A stretch of DNA of 63,854 bases, the filler included. It is 16 parts of 16 records of this genome, joined end to end, with 100 filler letters (N's around TTAATTAATTAA, not from the genome) between each part and the next. Parts side by side here need not be neighbours in the genome. Positions count along the whole stretch, not along the records: positions 11,826 to 16,640 come from SRR7504441_19442; positions 16,741 to 21,578 come from SRR7504441_19446; positions 21,679 to 26,434 come from SRR7504441_19457; 13 more parts are not named here. One strand, 5' to 3'. A program made the translations under genes and the position numbers. Under the pieces are notes generated by a model. It had not been told where the DNA came from. It searched no databases and saw only the letters and a list, made by a program, of their open reading frames with translations. Within the stretch, counting starts at the first letter, position 1. Each line of letters begins with the position of its first letter. Shown here piece after piece: positions 11,872-25,090 of this stretch.

Positions 11872-14800
11872 ATGAACGACAGGCTGCTGGGAGCTGGTTC
11901 GGCGGCCCCGGACGAGCCGCTGCGTATAGTCCGGGTGGGCCGGGCGCGCTGTGGGCGGTCCGATCAGGCTGGTGGCAGGTGGGCGACGGTGGTGAAGGCT
12001 TCCCGGTGCAGCCGCGAGGCTGGGAGGGGCCTTAGGGCAGTGGGCAGGATAACACGATCGTCAACACCAAGTACACCCCGCTGAGCTTTATACCCCAAAA
12101 CCTGTGCGAGCAATTCGCCCGGTGCCCGGCCCGGCTGCCCGGCTTACGGCGGCCGCAGGCCCATCAACCGATACTTTCTGCTGATTGCCTGCCTCCAGCT
12201 CTGGCCCGCCATCACGCCGGTCAATCCGATCACGACCTGGCTGCCGCTGCTGCTCATTTTCGGGATCACCGGCGTTAAGGAGGCGTACGACGACCTCCTC
12301 CGTTGGCGGCGCGACCTCGAGCAAAACGGCCTGCCGGTCGTGGCCTGGCGCGACGGCAGCTGGCGGCCGGTGCCGGCGGCGAGCATCCGCGTGGGCGACA
12401 CGGTCCGGCTGGAACCTGGCGACGGGGTGCCGTGCGACCTGGTGCTGCTCGGGCCGGAGCGCGAGTGCCTGGTGAGCACAGCTAACCTGGACGGCGAAAG
12501 CGACCTCAAGCCAAAGGCGGCCGTGCCAGGGTTGGGCGACCAGCCAGGCCAGGGGGGCTTCACGGGGCTGATCGAGTGCGAGGCGCCCAACCCGCGGCTG
12601 GACCGGTTCGATGCGACGCTCTGGCCAGGGCTGGAGCCTGGGGCGGGGGCTATTCCACTGGGGAGTGAGAATATGCTGCTGGCAGGGAGCAAGCTGGCAG
12701 GGAGCGAGGCGATCGTCGGCGCGGCGGTGTACACTGGCCAGCAGACCAAGCTGGCCATGAACGCCCAGCTGCCGCCGCTCAAATTGACTAGGACAGACCT
12801 GTTCATCAATAGGGCGGCGGTAGCCATCTTCGTGGTCCAGCTGGCTCTCGTAGCCATCTTCGGGGCAGTTGGTTCGGGCTGGGCACTGGGCACTGGGCAG
12901 CACCTGTGGTATTTAGGGTACGCGCTCGGGCCTAACGAGATGCACCGCTGGTGGGGCTGGGTGGTCATCCCGCTCAGATTCCTGCTGCTCTGTTCGTTCA
13001 TGATCCCGATTTCTCTCAAGGTCTGCCGCACAGTAGTAGCCTTATCATATAGTAATAGTAACAGTATATTACTTGCAGTGTGCTCATAGTATAGTCTCGC
13101 TACTGGGCGAGCGGTGGCGCGCAGGTAACGCTCGACGTCTGCAAGATGACGTACGCGTACTTTGTTGCGCAGGACATCGCACTGTACCATCCAGCATCTG
13201 ACCAGCCTGCCACAGCCAACAACAGCTCGATCGGCGAGGAGCTCGGCCTAGTGTCGCACATCCTAACGGACAAGACTGGCACCCTCACCAACAATCTGAT
13301 GCAGTTCGAAAGGTTCTATGTGCCGGATCTGGACGAATCAACAGACATAGCTGCGGTGGCCGCCGACCCGAGCTGCCCGGCCGGCCTGATGGTCCGCTGT
13401 CTGGCATGCTGCCACGGGCTCCGGCTCGGGCCCGATCAGACGTACGAGGGCAGCTCACCCGACGAGCTCGCTCTTGTCAAGTGGGCGGCCGAGGCGGCGG
13501 GGATCTCTTACGCTGGGACCGACCCGGGCGGGCGGATCCTGCTCCAACTGCGCGGCGGGGGCGAGGAGCGGTACGAGCTGCTTGCCACGCTTGGGTTCGA
13601 CTCGTGCCGCAAGCGGATGAGTGTTCTGGTTCGGTGCTCGGGCGGGCTAAAGTTGTTCACTAAAGGCGCCGACGAGATCTTGAACGAGCTGCTCGAGGAC
13701 GGCTGCGACGGCAGACCAATCGCTGCCGCGTCGGACCAGTTTGGTAGACAGGGTCTCCGGGCGCTGGCCATGGCATATCGCGACGTGAGTGCAGAGGAGG
13801 CCTCGGCGTGGCTGGCTCTGCACAGCGCAGCAGCCGTCAAGACCGGTGAAGCCAGGGCGCAGGCCTTGCAAGAGTGCTACGCTCAGTTGGAGGTCAGGCT
13901 GCGCTTGGTAGGGCTGACTGGCATAGCCGATAGCTTGCAACCTGGGGTGCCTCGGACGCTGGAGCTGCTCCAATCGGCTGGGATCGCGATCTGGATGCTG
14001 ACCGGCGACAAAGTCGCAACGGCCGAGCACATCGCCGCACAGTGCAGCATGCTCCCGTCTCCGGCCGCGGCCCACCAGTGCGTGCTCCGAGTGTGCGCTG
14101 GGGCACTCGACGGGCGGCCAGTGTCTGGTCCGGCCCAGCTGGTTTCCCAGTGCGGGCGTGCGATCGAGGAGCATCTAGCTGCGTACCCGGTAGGGCAAGT
14201 GTACATCGTGGCCGATGGCACATCTCTCGCGCTCCTAATGGGCTGTGACGGGTGGCCTGCCGTGGTGCTATCCGGGTGCGTGCAATGCGTGATTTGCTGC
14301 CGAGTCTCTCCAAAGCAGAAGGCCGAGCTTGTCGGGTTGGCAAAGCAGGCTGGCCGGGTCACGCTGGCGATTGGCGACGGTGGCAACGACGTTTCGATGA
14401 TTCGCGAGGCGCATGTAGGGGTGGGGCTGCTCGGGAGGGAAGGAAGGCAAGCGTCGCTCGCCTCCGACTATTCGATAGGCCAGTTCAACGGACTGGCCCG
14501 ATTGGTGCTGGTGCACGGTCACTGGGCGTGCCACCGCACCTCGGTGATTGCTCAGTACTCGTTCTACAGGTGCTACATAGTGTGTAATTGCTAGTTGATT
14601 ATTCATATACGGGGCAGGTCGATCTTCCTGGCGCTGTTCCAGCTCGGTTTTGCGGTGTGCTCCGGGTTCTCCGGGTCGAGCTGGTTCAACACGTTTGCGC
14701 TCACCGGTTACAACGCGTGCTTTACCTTCCTTCCACCGCTCGCTTATATCCTGGACCGCGATGTGCCTGCAAACTTGCTGCTCGAGGGACGACCCGAGCA

Positions 14801-15543
14801 TCGCACCCAGCGGCCGATGGACTGGCAGACGCTAGCCAGCTGGCTGCTCCTGGCGCTTGCACAGGCTGCGGGGCTCTGCCTGCTGTTTATGCCGCGACAA
14901 GTCGAACTAGCCAATCAGTCAGGCCAGCAGGTGTCTCGTTGCTGCCAGCGGATGGTTTACTCTTGCATGGCAGGTCGGGCAGGAGGCTGGGTCGATGTGC
15001 GGATACTCGGCGGCCGTGCTGCTCCAGACGGGGATTTTGCTCCGCCAGAGCCACACGCTGACCTGTCTCAACCTGCTGGCCATCCTCGGCTCGCTCGCGC
15101 TGTGAGTGCTAACTCATCTTAATTAATTGACACGTCCCGGGCTGATGCTAGCCATGCACAGATACGTGGCCTCCGCGTTCGCGCTGTCGGCGGTGGCGCG
15201 CACTTCGATGTACGGCATCATGCCCTGGTTGGCCACCAGCGCAGCCGGGTGGCTGTATGTAATACTTGGGACTGCGGGCGCCATGCTGCTCTCGGCTGCT
15301 AGTCCAGTTGGCGTGTTTGAGTGGGCGCGGGCCAAGATAGAAGACGGCCCGGAGCTCAGCTGTTGCGGCGGATGCGACGGCGAGGCCGACACGTTGCTAG
15401 CGAGCCCGGCTGATCGGTCTGGTTTAATGGCAGGCTGGTTGATTGAGGGGCAGGTGGGAGCACGAGGGGCGGCGAGACTCGGAGCGACTGCACCCGCTGA
15501 CCCGGATGGACTCAGACCTCTAGATTGGATGTCAGAAGTGTAG
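11872..15543 (+). CDS. P4-type ATPase (phospholipid flippase), ALA2-like, multi-exon
   Basis: NTKYTPLSFIPQNL, NLDGESDLK, MIPISLKV, DKTGTLT phosphorylation site, SPDE, KGAD, TGDK, CCRVSPKQK, GDGGNDV. The 3' end is approximate. Confidence 0.93.
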
Positions 15544-15847
15544 TTATAGAATTATGATGGAATAAAAGCGTAAACCGTGCACGTTACAACAGTACAAGTC
15601 TATGCGAGATTGTGAGTAGTATGTACGATTCGTATGAGAACCGTACTCAATTTTAAAAAGCAATCAATGAAAACACACTTCCTAGATCCGCTGATTATAC
15701 ATGTACAATCAGCTGCCTTCTTAAGTTATGCTGACAGCCAGTGTTGAACCAGCCAGGCCACTAGATGACGGAGGAGGCCACCACTCAGGCACCCACCAGA
15801 CACGTGGGTTAACCCAAGAATCAACCCGCTGTAGCGCCAGCCCCGCC

Positions 15848-16327
15848 TCACTGCGACGCCCCCTGCAGCGTCCTCCTGGCCGCCGGGGAGAGCGGGAACA
15901 CCAGCTCAGTTGGCGCCCGGGCTGGTGCCCCGGCAGGCGGCAGCCCCTCGGCCGGGGTTGTGCTCGACAGGTTCACCGCCCGGGGCATATACGCGTGGCC
16001 CGCACCGTACGAGTGCGGATGCCGCATCCCCAGGCCCATCTGTGGCCCCCACATGTACGGATTTACACCGTGCGCGCTTCGAGGCGGCAGCCGGGGCAGC
16101 GCGGCCCCGATGGTTGCGGCCCCGCCCTTTGGCAGCCGGCCGATCTGAGCAAGCATGACAGCCTGGACGGCGGTCAGACGCTCCTCAGACAGCTCCTCGG
16201 GCAGCTCCTCGGGCAGCTCCTCGGCCGGCGGGTCAACCGGCTCCGGGTCGGCGGCCGGCTCTGGGCTGGCGGCTGGCTTTGACGGGCTTGCGCCCAAAGT
16301 GTTGAGCCGAGCCTGCGTCGACTCCAT
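15848..16327 (-). CDS. Hypothetical Pro/Glu-rich protein
   Basis: ATG-initiated ORF with EELP tandem repeats and no recognised domain. Confidence 0.4.
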   Translation of the reverse strand: MESTQARLNTLGASPSKPAASPEPAADPEPVDPPAEELPEELPEELSEERLTAVQAVMLAQIGRLPKGGAATIGAALPRLPPRSAHGVNPYMWGPQMGLGMRHPHSYGAGHAYMPRAVNLSSTTPAEGLPPAGAPARAPTELVFPLSPAARRTLQGASQ

Positions 16328-16740
16328 TTGAAATCAGCGTTACACACGCATTGATGAGCGGATGGGCCTCAGGCTTCCTCAGTACTAGTGCAGCACCTGA
16401 AATCATGATGCGTCATGATGTCTCAAGTGTTCAGCCATCTGTTCATCGCTCGGCTTCGTGGTTGACCCAGCTCGCGCCACCAGCGCTCGATAGCGCTCAA
16501 CGTGACCCCTTGCGGCTACCCAATGCTTAAAACCCTCTCCCGAGTAATTTTCGTCATTTTATAATTATTAAGTCTACTACAGTACTGTTGCACTGTACGG
16601 TACAACAATTCTCTAAGTCTAAATTCGAATAAATATCTTTNNNNNNNNNNNNNNNNNNNNNNNNNNNNNNNNNNNNNNNNNNNNTTAATTAATTAANNNN
16701 NNNNNNNNNNNNNNNNNNNNNNNNNNNNNNNNNNNNNNNN

Positions 16741-17215
16741 AGATGGAGAACAAGCGGCGGGTAAACTATAGTATTAGAACCACAGTAGTAGATATACGGC
16801 GAGCTGGAGAAGATGCGCCGGGTGGTTGAGTGCTCGATCCAGGACCTGGAGCAGCGGGAGGCCAACGCCAAGAAGCGGAGTGGCGACCAGGAGATGGAGC
16901 GGCGGAAGGAGGTGCCCGGGTTGGGCCCACGGGCAACTGAGCGGCAGTGTGCAGCGGGATAAGAAGCTTAAGATGGAGAAGGAGTGGGAGGCCACCCGGG
17001 ACGTCCGGATGAGCAGCTGGAACAAGTTCATCAAGAAGGGCAAGAAGAAGCGGCGTGACATGCAGCCGCGAGAGCACATCATGGAGCACCGCGACGGCAA
17101 GCAGAAGGACGCGCTCAAGGAAGACATTCTAATCCTCTCAATGGACGACCAAGAGGTAGCCGCCAAGCAATTGCAGCGCGAACAAGACCAAGCGTATAAA
17201 AAGTCCTGGCGTTGA
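16741..17215 (+). CDS. DNAJC8: DnaJ subfamily C member 8-like C-terminus (5' partial)
   Basis: EKEWEATRDVRMSSWNKFIKKGKKK resembles the conserved DNAJC8/SPF31 C-terminal block (W..+RD.RV.SW..F). The J-domain is off the contig. Confidence 0.65.
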
Positions 17216-17314
17216 TCCAACGCTTCAAAGGATGTCCCATCCGCCATCCTTGCAATCGCGAGCCATCATTCAATAATTCCAGTTTTACTACTAGTAAATT
17301 CATAATCGATGATA

Positions 17315-18169
17315 CTAGAGGTCATCAAGCTCGTCGATGGGCTTGCCCATCCGGGCGGCAGTCAAGCTGAGCATCTGATCTAGCACCTCCTTCACGTTGT
17401 CGATCTCCGCCTGGATTGCCCCGCCCCCGCTCGCCTGCATCTGCCGCCGGAGCTCCGCAACTTCGCGCCGCAGCCCGGCCGGTCCGTTGGCGGCTTGCTC
17501 GAGCCTCTGGAGCTCGGCCCGGGTCTGGTTGTTTTGGTTCTGGGTCCGGAACAGCTCGCCCTCCAGTCGCTTGATCTGGGTCTCCTGCCGGCTGATTGTG
17601 CCCTTGAGCGGAACTGGAGCCCGGTCAGCTCGGCCGGCCGCCGGGGCACCCATGCTGGCCTCGAGCTTGTCGTTCTGGGCCGCCAGCCGCTTGCAGTGGT
17701 TGTTCTGCTTACTGAGCGCCTGCTCCCCCTGAGCGCCCCCAATCATCGGAGCACACCTCCCCGAGCCGGTGCTTGTCGCTGGTCAGTTTATCCAGCTGCC
17801 CCTCCGCTCGATCGGGCCCCCAGCCCGCCGCACCTGCTGCCGCAGCTCCCACAGCTCCGACTCGGCCGCCTCCGTCCGGTCGGCCCGCTCGGCGGCCGCC
17901 TCGGCCTCGCGCTCTAGCTGGGCGTTCTGGCGGTGCAGCCGGTCCAGCTCGGCCTCCAGCCCGCGGAGCCGGCCGTTCTGGCGCTGGGCGTTGTCGCGAA
18001 TGTCCCGCTCGGCGATCTGCAGCGCCTGGCTCTGCTTGTCGAGCGCGCGCTGCTTCTTGGCCAGAATCGCCTCCTCCTGGTCGAACAGCCGCTTCACCTG
18101 GCAGCCGGTTCAGCTGCTAGTCGTGCTGCCCCTCACCTGCTCCTCCAGCTCCCCCGACCCGCCCAGCAT
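17315..18169 (-). CDS. Coiled-coil protein (spliced)
   Basis: Heptad-rich ORFs 17783-18097 and 17315-17746 joined by short introns, with ATG at 18169. Confidence 0.6.
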
Positions 18170-18241
18170 CGCCCCTCTCAGCTCCCTCTCCGCGCTGTGA
18201 AACTCGGCCAAAAAATCACAAATCCAGACCCACGCACGCCC

Positions 18242-19613
18242 ATGGCGCGAAAACGGGCCAAGCTCACCCGCGGCAAGCCGGTGCGCCGACTGGGTTGCCC
18301 CGCGCACTGTGAGGCAGGCGGCCCGCCCGGGAAAGGAGGAGCCGGGACCGGCCTGGGCCGTCGACACCGCCCCTTCCCGGTGCCGCCCGGCCAGCTCGCG
18401 AGCTCACGCCCGGGGCAGCAAGCGGCCAGCCGAGCCGGCCAGCCAGCCAGAACGGGGCGGGGCGGACGGGCGGAAGCGGGCGCGGAACGGCCTGAAGCCG
18501 GGGCAGAGCCTGGCCGAGCTGGCTAAGATCAAAAAGTGGGTCAGGCCGTCGGCTGGGCCCGAGCGGGGCGCAGGCGGGCCAGGACGGTGGGCCAGCAGCC
18601 GGCCAAGAAGCGGGGGCAGAAGCAGGCGGTGGGTCGTTCTGGATGCAGCGCGGTAGCGGTCGGGCCAGGTGACTGATCTGTGGGCTGAGCAGCCGGAATG
18701 CCCGGGACTGCTCGCCGACGAGTGGCTCGGACAGACTGCCGTCCCCGGTGCCCACCCGGCCAACCAGCCGCGAGCCAGGCGAGCCAGGCAAGTTCAAATC
18801 GCGCGTCCGGCGCAAGCCGGCCCCGGAGCGCTCGCTGGCCCCGGCGGTGGAGGTGGCGCCGGCGGGCGCGTCGGTGAATCCTTTGCCGGAGGACCATGCT
18901 CGATTGGTTCACATCGCGGCGGCGTACGAGCTCGAGAAGGACGAGGCCCGGCAGGCGGTCTCGCGGGCCAGGAAGCACCGGGGGACGGGCGCGATCACCG
19001 GCGGGATGGGCGGGGAGCTCGATCTGGAGCTCGAGTTTATTGAGGTGAGCCGCGGGCAGGCGGTGGCGGACTGGCAGCCAGGTGGGCGGGGCGGCGCCTG
19101 TCAAGGACGGCAAGCTGACCCGGGCCCAGCGGAACAAGCGCGAGCGGCACAAGCAGCGCACGAAGCAGGCCAAGCAGGCCAAGCAGGACCGGGCTTTGGC
19201 GGGGCAGCTGGATCAGACAACAGCGCTGCTGAGGCAAGTCAAGGCCGAGACCAAGCAGCAGGCGGCCAACCAAGCCAGCCGGCGGGAGGCCCAAGAGCAG
19301 AAGAGGAAGTGGCAGCCGGCCCGGCTGTCCCGGCATCAGTTTGAGCAAGCCCGGCCCGAGGTGCCAAGATGAGCAGCCAAGCCCAAGCTGGGCACTGCAG
19401 GTGGCGCTCAGTGAGGAGTTAGCCGGCGGGCTGAGGCAAATCAAGGCCGAGAGCCGGCTGCTGCGCGACCGTTACCAGAGCTTGATGAAACGGAACATCC
19501 TAGAGCCGGGGGCCAAGCAGAAGAAAGGGCACGGCAAGCACAAGCTCAAGGTCAAGACCAGAGTCACAATCAACCGGAACGGCACCAGCCTCAACGGACT
19601 CAAAGATTGGTGA
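18242..19613 (+). CDS. NOP53: Ribosome biogenesis protein Nop53/GLTSCR2 (multi-exon)
   Basis: DLW, PAVEVAPAGASVNP..EDH, KLTRAQRNK, LSEELAGGLRQIK, LLRDRYQSLMKRNILEP. Confidence 0.85.
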
Positions 19614-20040
19614 ACCAACTCCGCAGCCTAAAGCCCATCCGAGCTATGTCCGCTATCCCAAAGTTTCCCGTCGTTTGCCGACGTTGGCCATGTGCACAAC
19701 ACAACTCGCAGAACTACCGAACTGCATATGCATGATTCTCGATGGCCGCACAATCGTTGAAAATGTTCAGTTAACTTTATGTGTTATTTATGCGTATGAT
19801 ATGTTAATCAATATTCAGATTGTACCTCTACAACTCCGCAACCGATTCAAAGGAGTCAGCCACCGTACCACCGGTCGACGTGAGGTAGCACCGATGCCGC
19901 ATTCCGCGCCTGCACCTGCAATTCTCAACGTGCCCAGCTGCAGAGAAAGAGTCGGGTCGACGAAGTCTGGTGTCTGGAAGAGCCTGAAAGCAACCTGCCA
20001 GGGCGGACAGGGAGTTGCCGCCACCTGGCCAGCCTCTGCG

Positions 20041-21578
20041 ATGATCAACGCCTCCGGGTGCGCTGCCATCCGCCGCCGTGCTGCTCTGTCGGGCCAGGGC
20101 CTGCGGCTGAGGCTGGGCGGGCAGCTGGAGTCCGTTCGCGGTGGTGTTCTCGTGGACAGGCTCGGCGCTGGTCAACTGCTGGCCGGAGGTGATCTTCGCC
20201 TGCCTGCTCGGGGTGGCCGCCTGTCTGATCCTCGACTACGACGAGAAAGCGTGCGCCCTCTGCTGGGCCTCCCGAGCCCAGCCCAGGTATAAAATAACGC
20301 TCGAGGGGCACGTGCTGGCCATCCTGCCAGGCGCCCCCAGCCTCCCGCCCCGCTGAACTGTGCCCAGTGGCGTTCGCGCTGGTATTCCGGACCGGCATGT
20401 CGTACAACCGGTGAGAGCTCGGCCTGGGCGGCGGCCGATCTGGCTGGGCAGCTTCTTCGAGGGCCGCGCCCACTGCGGCAAGTTCGTGCACTCGTCGCGC
20501 ACGCTGTGCCGGCGGTGCTGGGTATGGGCTGGGTGGGGCCAGACTGGGCTGTCAGGGCCCGGACCCACCTGGACAGCTCGCAGCCGGCAGTACAACAGAT
20601 GAAAACCAGGCTAGCTCGGTATCTCCGGCTGTTCGCGGTGCGCCGCCTGTCGAACATTTGCGACTGACGCGGCAGGTGATGCAACGGCACTCGATCCGGC
20701 ACACCGACGGCCAGCCGGCGATCGAGGAAGCTCAGGCTGCGGTGGCTGACGGGCGCTGGCCTGTCTGAGTCGGGCCAGGGGCTGCTCGAGCCGGCAGAGG
20801 CGCAAGAGCTGGAAGCGATCCAGAAGAATCTGCCGCAGACGGTGCTGATCTGGATCGGGAAGGAGGTGGTCTCGGTGGCGCCGCACATGTGCCACCCGGA
20901 CGTGCTCATCTGGATGGAGGAGTCTGTGCAGAACCTGACTGAGGTGGGCAGCCACAGAGCTCGCTCGTGCGCTCAGCCGGCGGCAGGCCTGGATGGGGAT
21001 GCACAAGCTGGCCACCACCCCGATGCCGTTCCCGTTTGTGCAGATGCTGCTCACACTCATGTATGCTTGGGTCTTCACGGTGCCGGCCAGCTCATGAACC
21101 AATCATCACCCGTGGCAGGCGCCTTTCCCTTTGGCATCTCAGTTTGGCTGGGCATCGCCCCCTGTACGCAGCCGTCCTGTTCGGCTGAGCTGGGGCTGCA
21201 GGTGTCTGTGCTGCTCGCGCTCTCGCTGTTCGGACTCAATGCGATCGGCGCCGAGCTGGAGGACCCGATGGGTGGCCGCTCTGATAGCCGCAGCCGACTG
21301 TGTGCAGGCGAGGAGACCAACGATCTGCCGTACGAGGTGTTTGAGGGCGCCGTGGCAGGAGCATGCAAGGTGCACGCCAGATTTGGGCTTGCTGAGCCGG
21401 GCAGGTTTGCCTCGGGGAGAGCGCCAACGAGAAGCTGGACCTGCACGGCGAGCTGCCCTCGGGAATCTCCTCGGAGGTGCTATCCAAGAGCTCGTCCCCT
21501 GCCAATGTTGTCGCCTTCTCTCCGATTGCGGCCGAAGTCTCTCTGGCGACCAACCCGATACACCAGCAGCAGGTCCCG
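20041..21578 (+). CDS. Bestrophin-family (UPF0187/VCCN-type) anion channel, 3' partial
   Basis: FSWTGSAL, KLATTPMPFPFVQML, FGLNAIGAELEDPMG, NDLP, with many short introns. Confidence 0.8.
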
Positions 21579-21817
21579 NNNNNNNNNNNNNNNNNNNNNN
21601 NNNNNNNNNNNNNNNNNNNNNNTTAATTAATTAANNNNNNNNNNNNNNNNNNNNNNNNNNNNNNNNNNNNNNNNNNNNGAGATTGCCTCAAACAGCTCAG
21701 AGTGACCCTCACCCGGCAGCAGCTGGCAGTGTCGACGAACCCGGTGCAGCCAGCCCCGACCTCGACGGCGGCTTGAGGCCAGACCGGCCGGCACACACCG
21801 AGCCCCCGTCCGGCGAG

Positions 21818-24800
21818 ATGCAAGGCGCCAAGGTGCGTGCCCTGGCCGTCCGCCGGCCCCGGGCTCAGGCGGTGTCAGTTCTCGATCCGGCCGTATCAGC
21901 ACAGTTCGAATATGAACCAGACCGGGGCTATCGAGACCTGGAGCAGCCTGGATTCGGCGATCACCCAGATCCACGAGCAGAACGCCAGCCACCTCAGCTT
22001 CGAGGAGTTGTACAGGCTCGAGGCGCCGCTGCACCGGGCGGCTTACCAGTGTGCTCAGGAAGGCGTACAATATGGTGCTGTACAAGCACGGGGGCATCCT
22101 ATACAGCAAGCTGGTGGAGAAGGTTCGCCGCCCAGCCTGGCCCGGCGGGGCGAGCCGGGGAGCGCAGGTGTCTGGCCAGTGCTGCGAGACAGCCTCGCGG
22201 CTGGCGGGGGAGGAGCGCTCGCAGCTGCTGCACGCCATTATCGACAGATGGTCCCCGGGCTGCCGCAGGCCGAGCCGACCGCTGAATCAGGTCGGACCAC
22301 AAGCTGTCGATGGGGATGATTAGGGACATACTGATGTATATGGTGTCTGCTGCGGCGCCGCTGCGCGCCAGCAGGGGGGTAGGACCGGACGTACGTGCCC
22401 AAGGAGAAGCTGCAGCCAGTGTACGACAAGGGGCTGGCGCTCTGGCTCGAGCACGTTCTGCACGCCCAGGGGATCAAGGCTGCAGCTCTGGACGAAGTGC
22501 TCAGCTGCATCAGTCGGTACGGTCACGGGTCGCGACTCGGGACTCAGGCTGTCGTGGCTGCAGGGAGCGGCAGAGCGAGGACGTGGATCGGGCGGTTCTC
22601 CGGAAGTTTACGCAGATGTACTGCGAGATCAGCAAGCAGGTAGCTGCGCGGGCGGCGCGCTAGGCCGAGCGAGGGGCAGGCTTACATTGCTGACTTTGAG
22701 CAGCCCATGCTCTCAGCGACCAGAATCCATTATAAAGCCGCGTCCGCCGAGTTCATTAGCACCAACAGTATCACAGACTACCTCACAAAGGCCCAGGCGT
22801 GGATCGAGAACGAAGGCAAGCGCGCTGATAGCTATCTCGATCCGTCGACTAAGCCCAAGCTGCTCACTGCGCTGAACGAGGAGGTCGGCGCAGGGGTGTG
22901 CCCCCCGGGCCGACGGTGTGGACGCAGGTGCTGCTGCATCACCTGCCCGAGATGCTCACCAACGACCAATCGGTCCGCTCTCGCCTGGCCAGCCTGCGAC
23001 TAGGGATGCAGGGTTGCATCCCAATGCTACGTGATGAAAAGTGGCAAGATCTAGGCCGCCTGTATTCGATGTTGCAGTCGATCAAGGTGCTGTGCATTTG
23101 GGCGTTAGCTTGACTTGGGACCAGGAGCTTGGCGTGGTGGAGAAACTTGCAGACACGGTTTACAAATACATTGATGAGTGCGCTGCTTGGGCCCCCAGAG
23201 GCTAACTGGTGCGCTGCAGTGCCGGGATGCAATTCGTGGCAGACACAAGCAAGACTGCCGACGCTGTGGTCTATATAGACGGGCTGGTCCACATGAAGAC
23301 CAAGTACACTCTGCTGGTGAGTGAGCAATTCAAGGAGGATCCGCTGATGGTTAAAATCCTCAACTCGGCTTTCGAGCACTTTGTGAACAGCAATCCTCGG
23401 TCGCCCGAGTTCCTGTCTCTGTATATGGACGAGAAGATGCGCAAGGGGCTGGGCGGTGCGCAGCTCGGGTCGGGCGGGACTGAGTGTGGCCAGGCATGAA
23501 CGACGACGAGGTCGAGAATGTGCTGAACCAGGCGCTAGTCTTCTTTCGCTACCTGCAGGAGAAGGACTTGTTTGAACGGTACTACAAGCAGCACCTGGCC
23601 AGGCGGCTGCTGGGCGGCAAGACCGAGGACGACGAGCACGAGTCTTGCTTCCTGCGCAAGCTGAAGCAAGAGTGTGGGGTGCAATTCACCTCGAAATTGG
23701 AGGGTATGTTCCAGGACACCCGGGCGACCCACGACTTAGTGGCCGAGTTCAAAGAGCATGTGGCGCACACTCCGGACTCGCAGCGCCAGATGTGGGGAAT
23801 AGAGCTCAACGTGAACGTGATCACCACGAGCTTCTGGCCCACGCAGAATGTGGAATCACTTCCGCTGCCACCAGCAGTGCAGTCAGCGTGTGAGGTGTTT
23901 AAGGCATTTTACTTGGGGAAGCACAACACACGGAAGCTCGAGTTCCAGACGCACATGGGGCACGTAGACCTACGAGTGCACATGCCAAAGAAGCGGTGGC
24001 CCACAGGCAGCGCGCGGCTTGTGAGTCAGTCGGGCAGGTACAACTTAAACGTGCCTGTGAATATGATGGTGATTCTAATGCTGTTCAACACAGTCGATGA
24101 GCTAGGCTACAAGGAAATAGCGGCAGCCACCCGGATCCCCAAGTGACGGATTGCTCCTACTGTTAGACTGATTGAGCACGACAGGACTGATTTGGACCGG
24201 GCGTTGCTTTCGCTCTCGCTAGGCAAGGTACCAACCCACTGCCTAGGCTGGAGCCTGACCTTTGTGCAGCTGAAGATCTTACTCAAGACTCCTAAAGAGA
24301 AGACAATCGGGGAGAATGATACGTTTGGCTTCAACAAGAACTTTTCGGCACCGCACACAAAACTCAAAATACAGGTATTGGCTCGCTAGGGCTGTTGAGA
24401 TAGGCCACCATTGCAGGCATCCAAGTCCTCAGTTGGGGAACGGGACCCAGTGGTGACACGTAATGCAATCATCGAGGACCGCAAGCACGAGGTCGCTAGC
24501 CTGCATGGCCCTCAGCCGACCGTGGTTGCGTGTAGATTGATGCTGCAATCGTGCGTATTATGAAGGCCCGCAAGGAAATGCAGGTGCTCCGTTGTTATGA
24601 TAGTGTCATGGCCAGCTCGTAACCGTGCTCGCTCTTGTGCAGCACAATCAACTCACCAGCGAAGCAATCATAGTGTTAACATCACGGTTCAAGGCTGATC
24701 CGAGGGATATCAAAAAGCGCATCGAGGTGCGGCCTGTGAAGTCGTGTGTTGTTTTCACTGCTTTGTGCGTGTCAGAATCTAATTGAACGAGAGTTCTTAG

Positions 24801-24844
24801 AAAGGATTCCGGGGGATATGAAGGTGTACAAATACTGTCCATGA
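21818..24844 (+). CDS. CUL3: Cullin-3, about 19 introns
   Basis: Spliced model gives LSFEELYRKAYNMVLYKHG, MIRDILMYMDRTYV, SPEFLSLYMDEKMRKG, EKDLFERYYKQHLARRLL, FTSKLEGMF, the neddylation motif IDAAIVRIMKARK, and IKKRIENLIEREFLER. Stop TGA at 24842-24844. Confidence 0.96.
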
Positions 24845-25090
24845 TCATGACGGTACATCGTGGTCAACTTCCACATGAATGAGATTGTGCGTCCTTTGTG
24901 TTACCTTAATGTTACCTTTATGCGTCCTTATACTATACAGTAGAAGTGTGTACATTATTTCGTACTAGAGATCCATACACTTGTTCAGCACCGACAATAA
25001 TTATATTCTTGTTAATCTTGTAATAGAGTGCTCATGGACACCCTAACACCCGCAGCGCTAGGCTCCGCTCAACCTACGCTCAACACCTAA

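Noticed and set aside
12088-13190. Long antisense ORFs over the P4-ATPase and other genes
   Set aside because: Expected shadow ORFs in high-GC coding DNA, with no recognisable motifs.
15119-15130. TTAATTAATTGA as a misplaced linker
   Set aside because: One mismatch, no flanking Ns, and it lies inside an AT-rich intron.
13029-16791. Shared 11-mer CACAGTAGTAG in two AT-rich introns as a third introner family
   Set aside because: Only two copies, low complexity, and no extended similarity.
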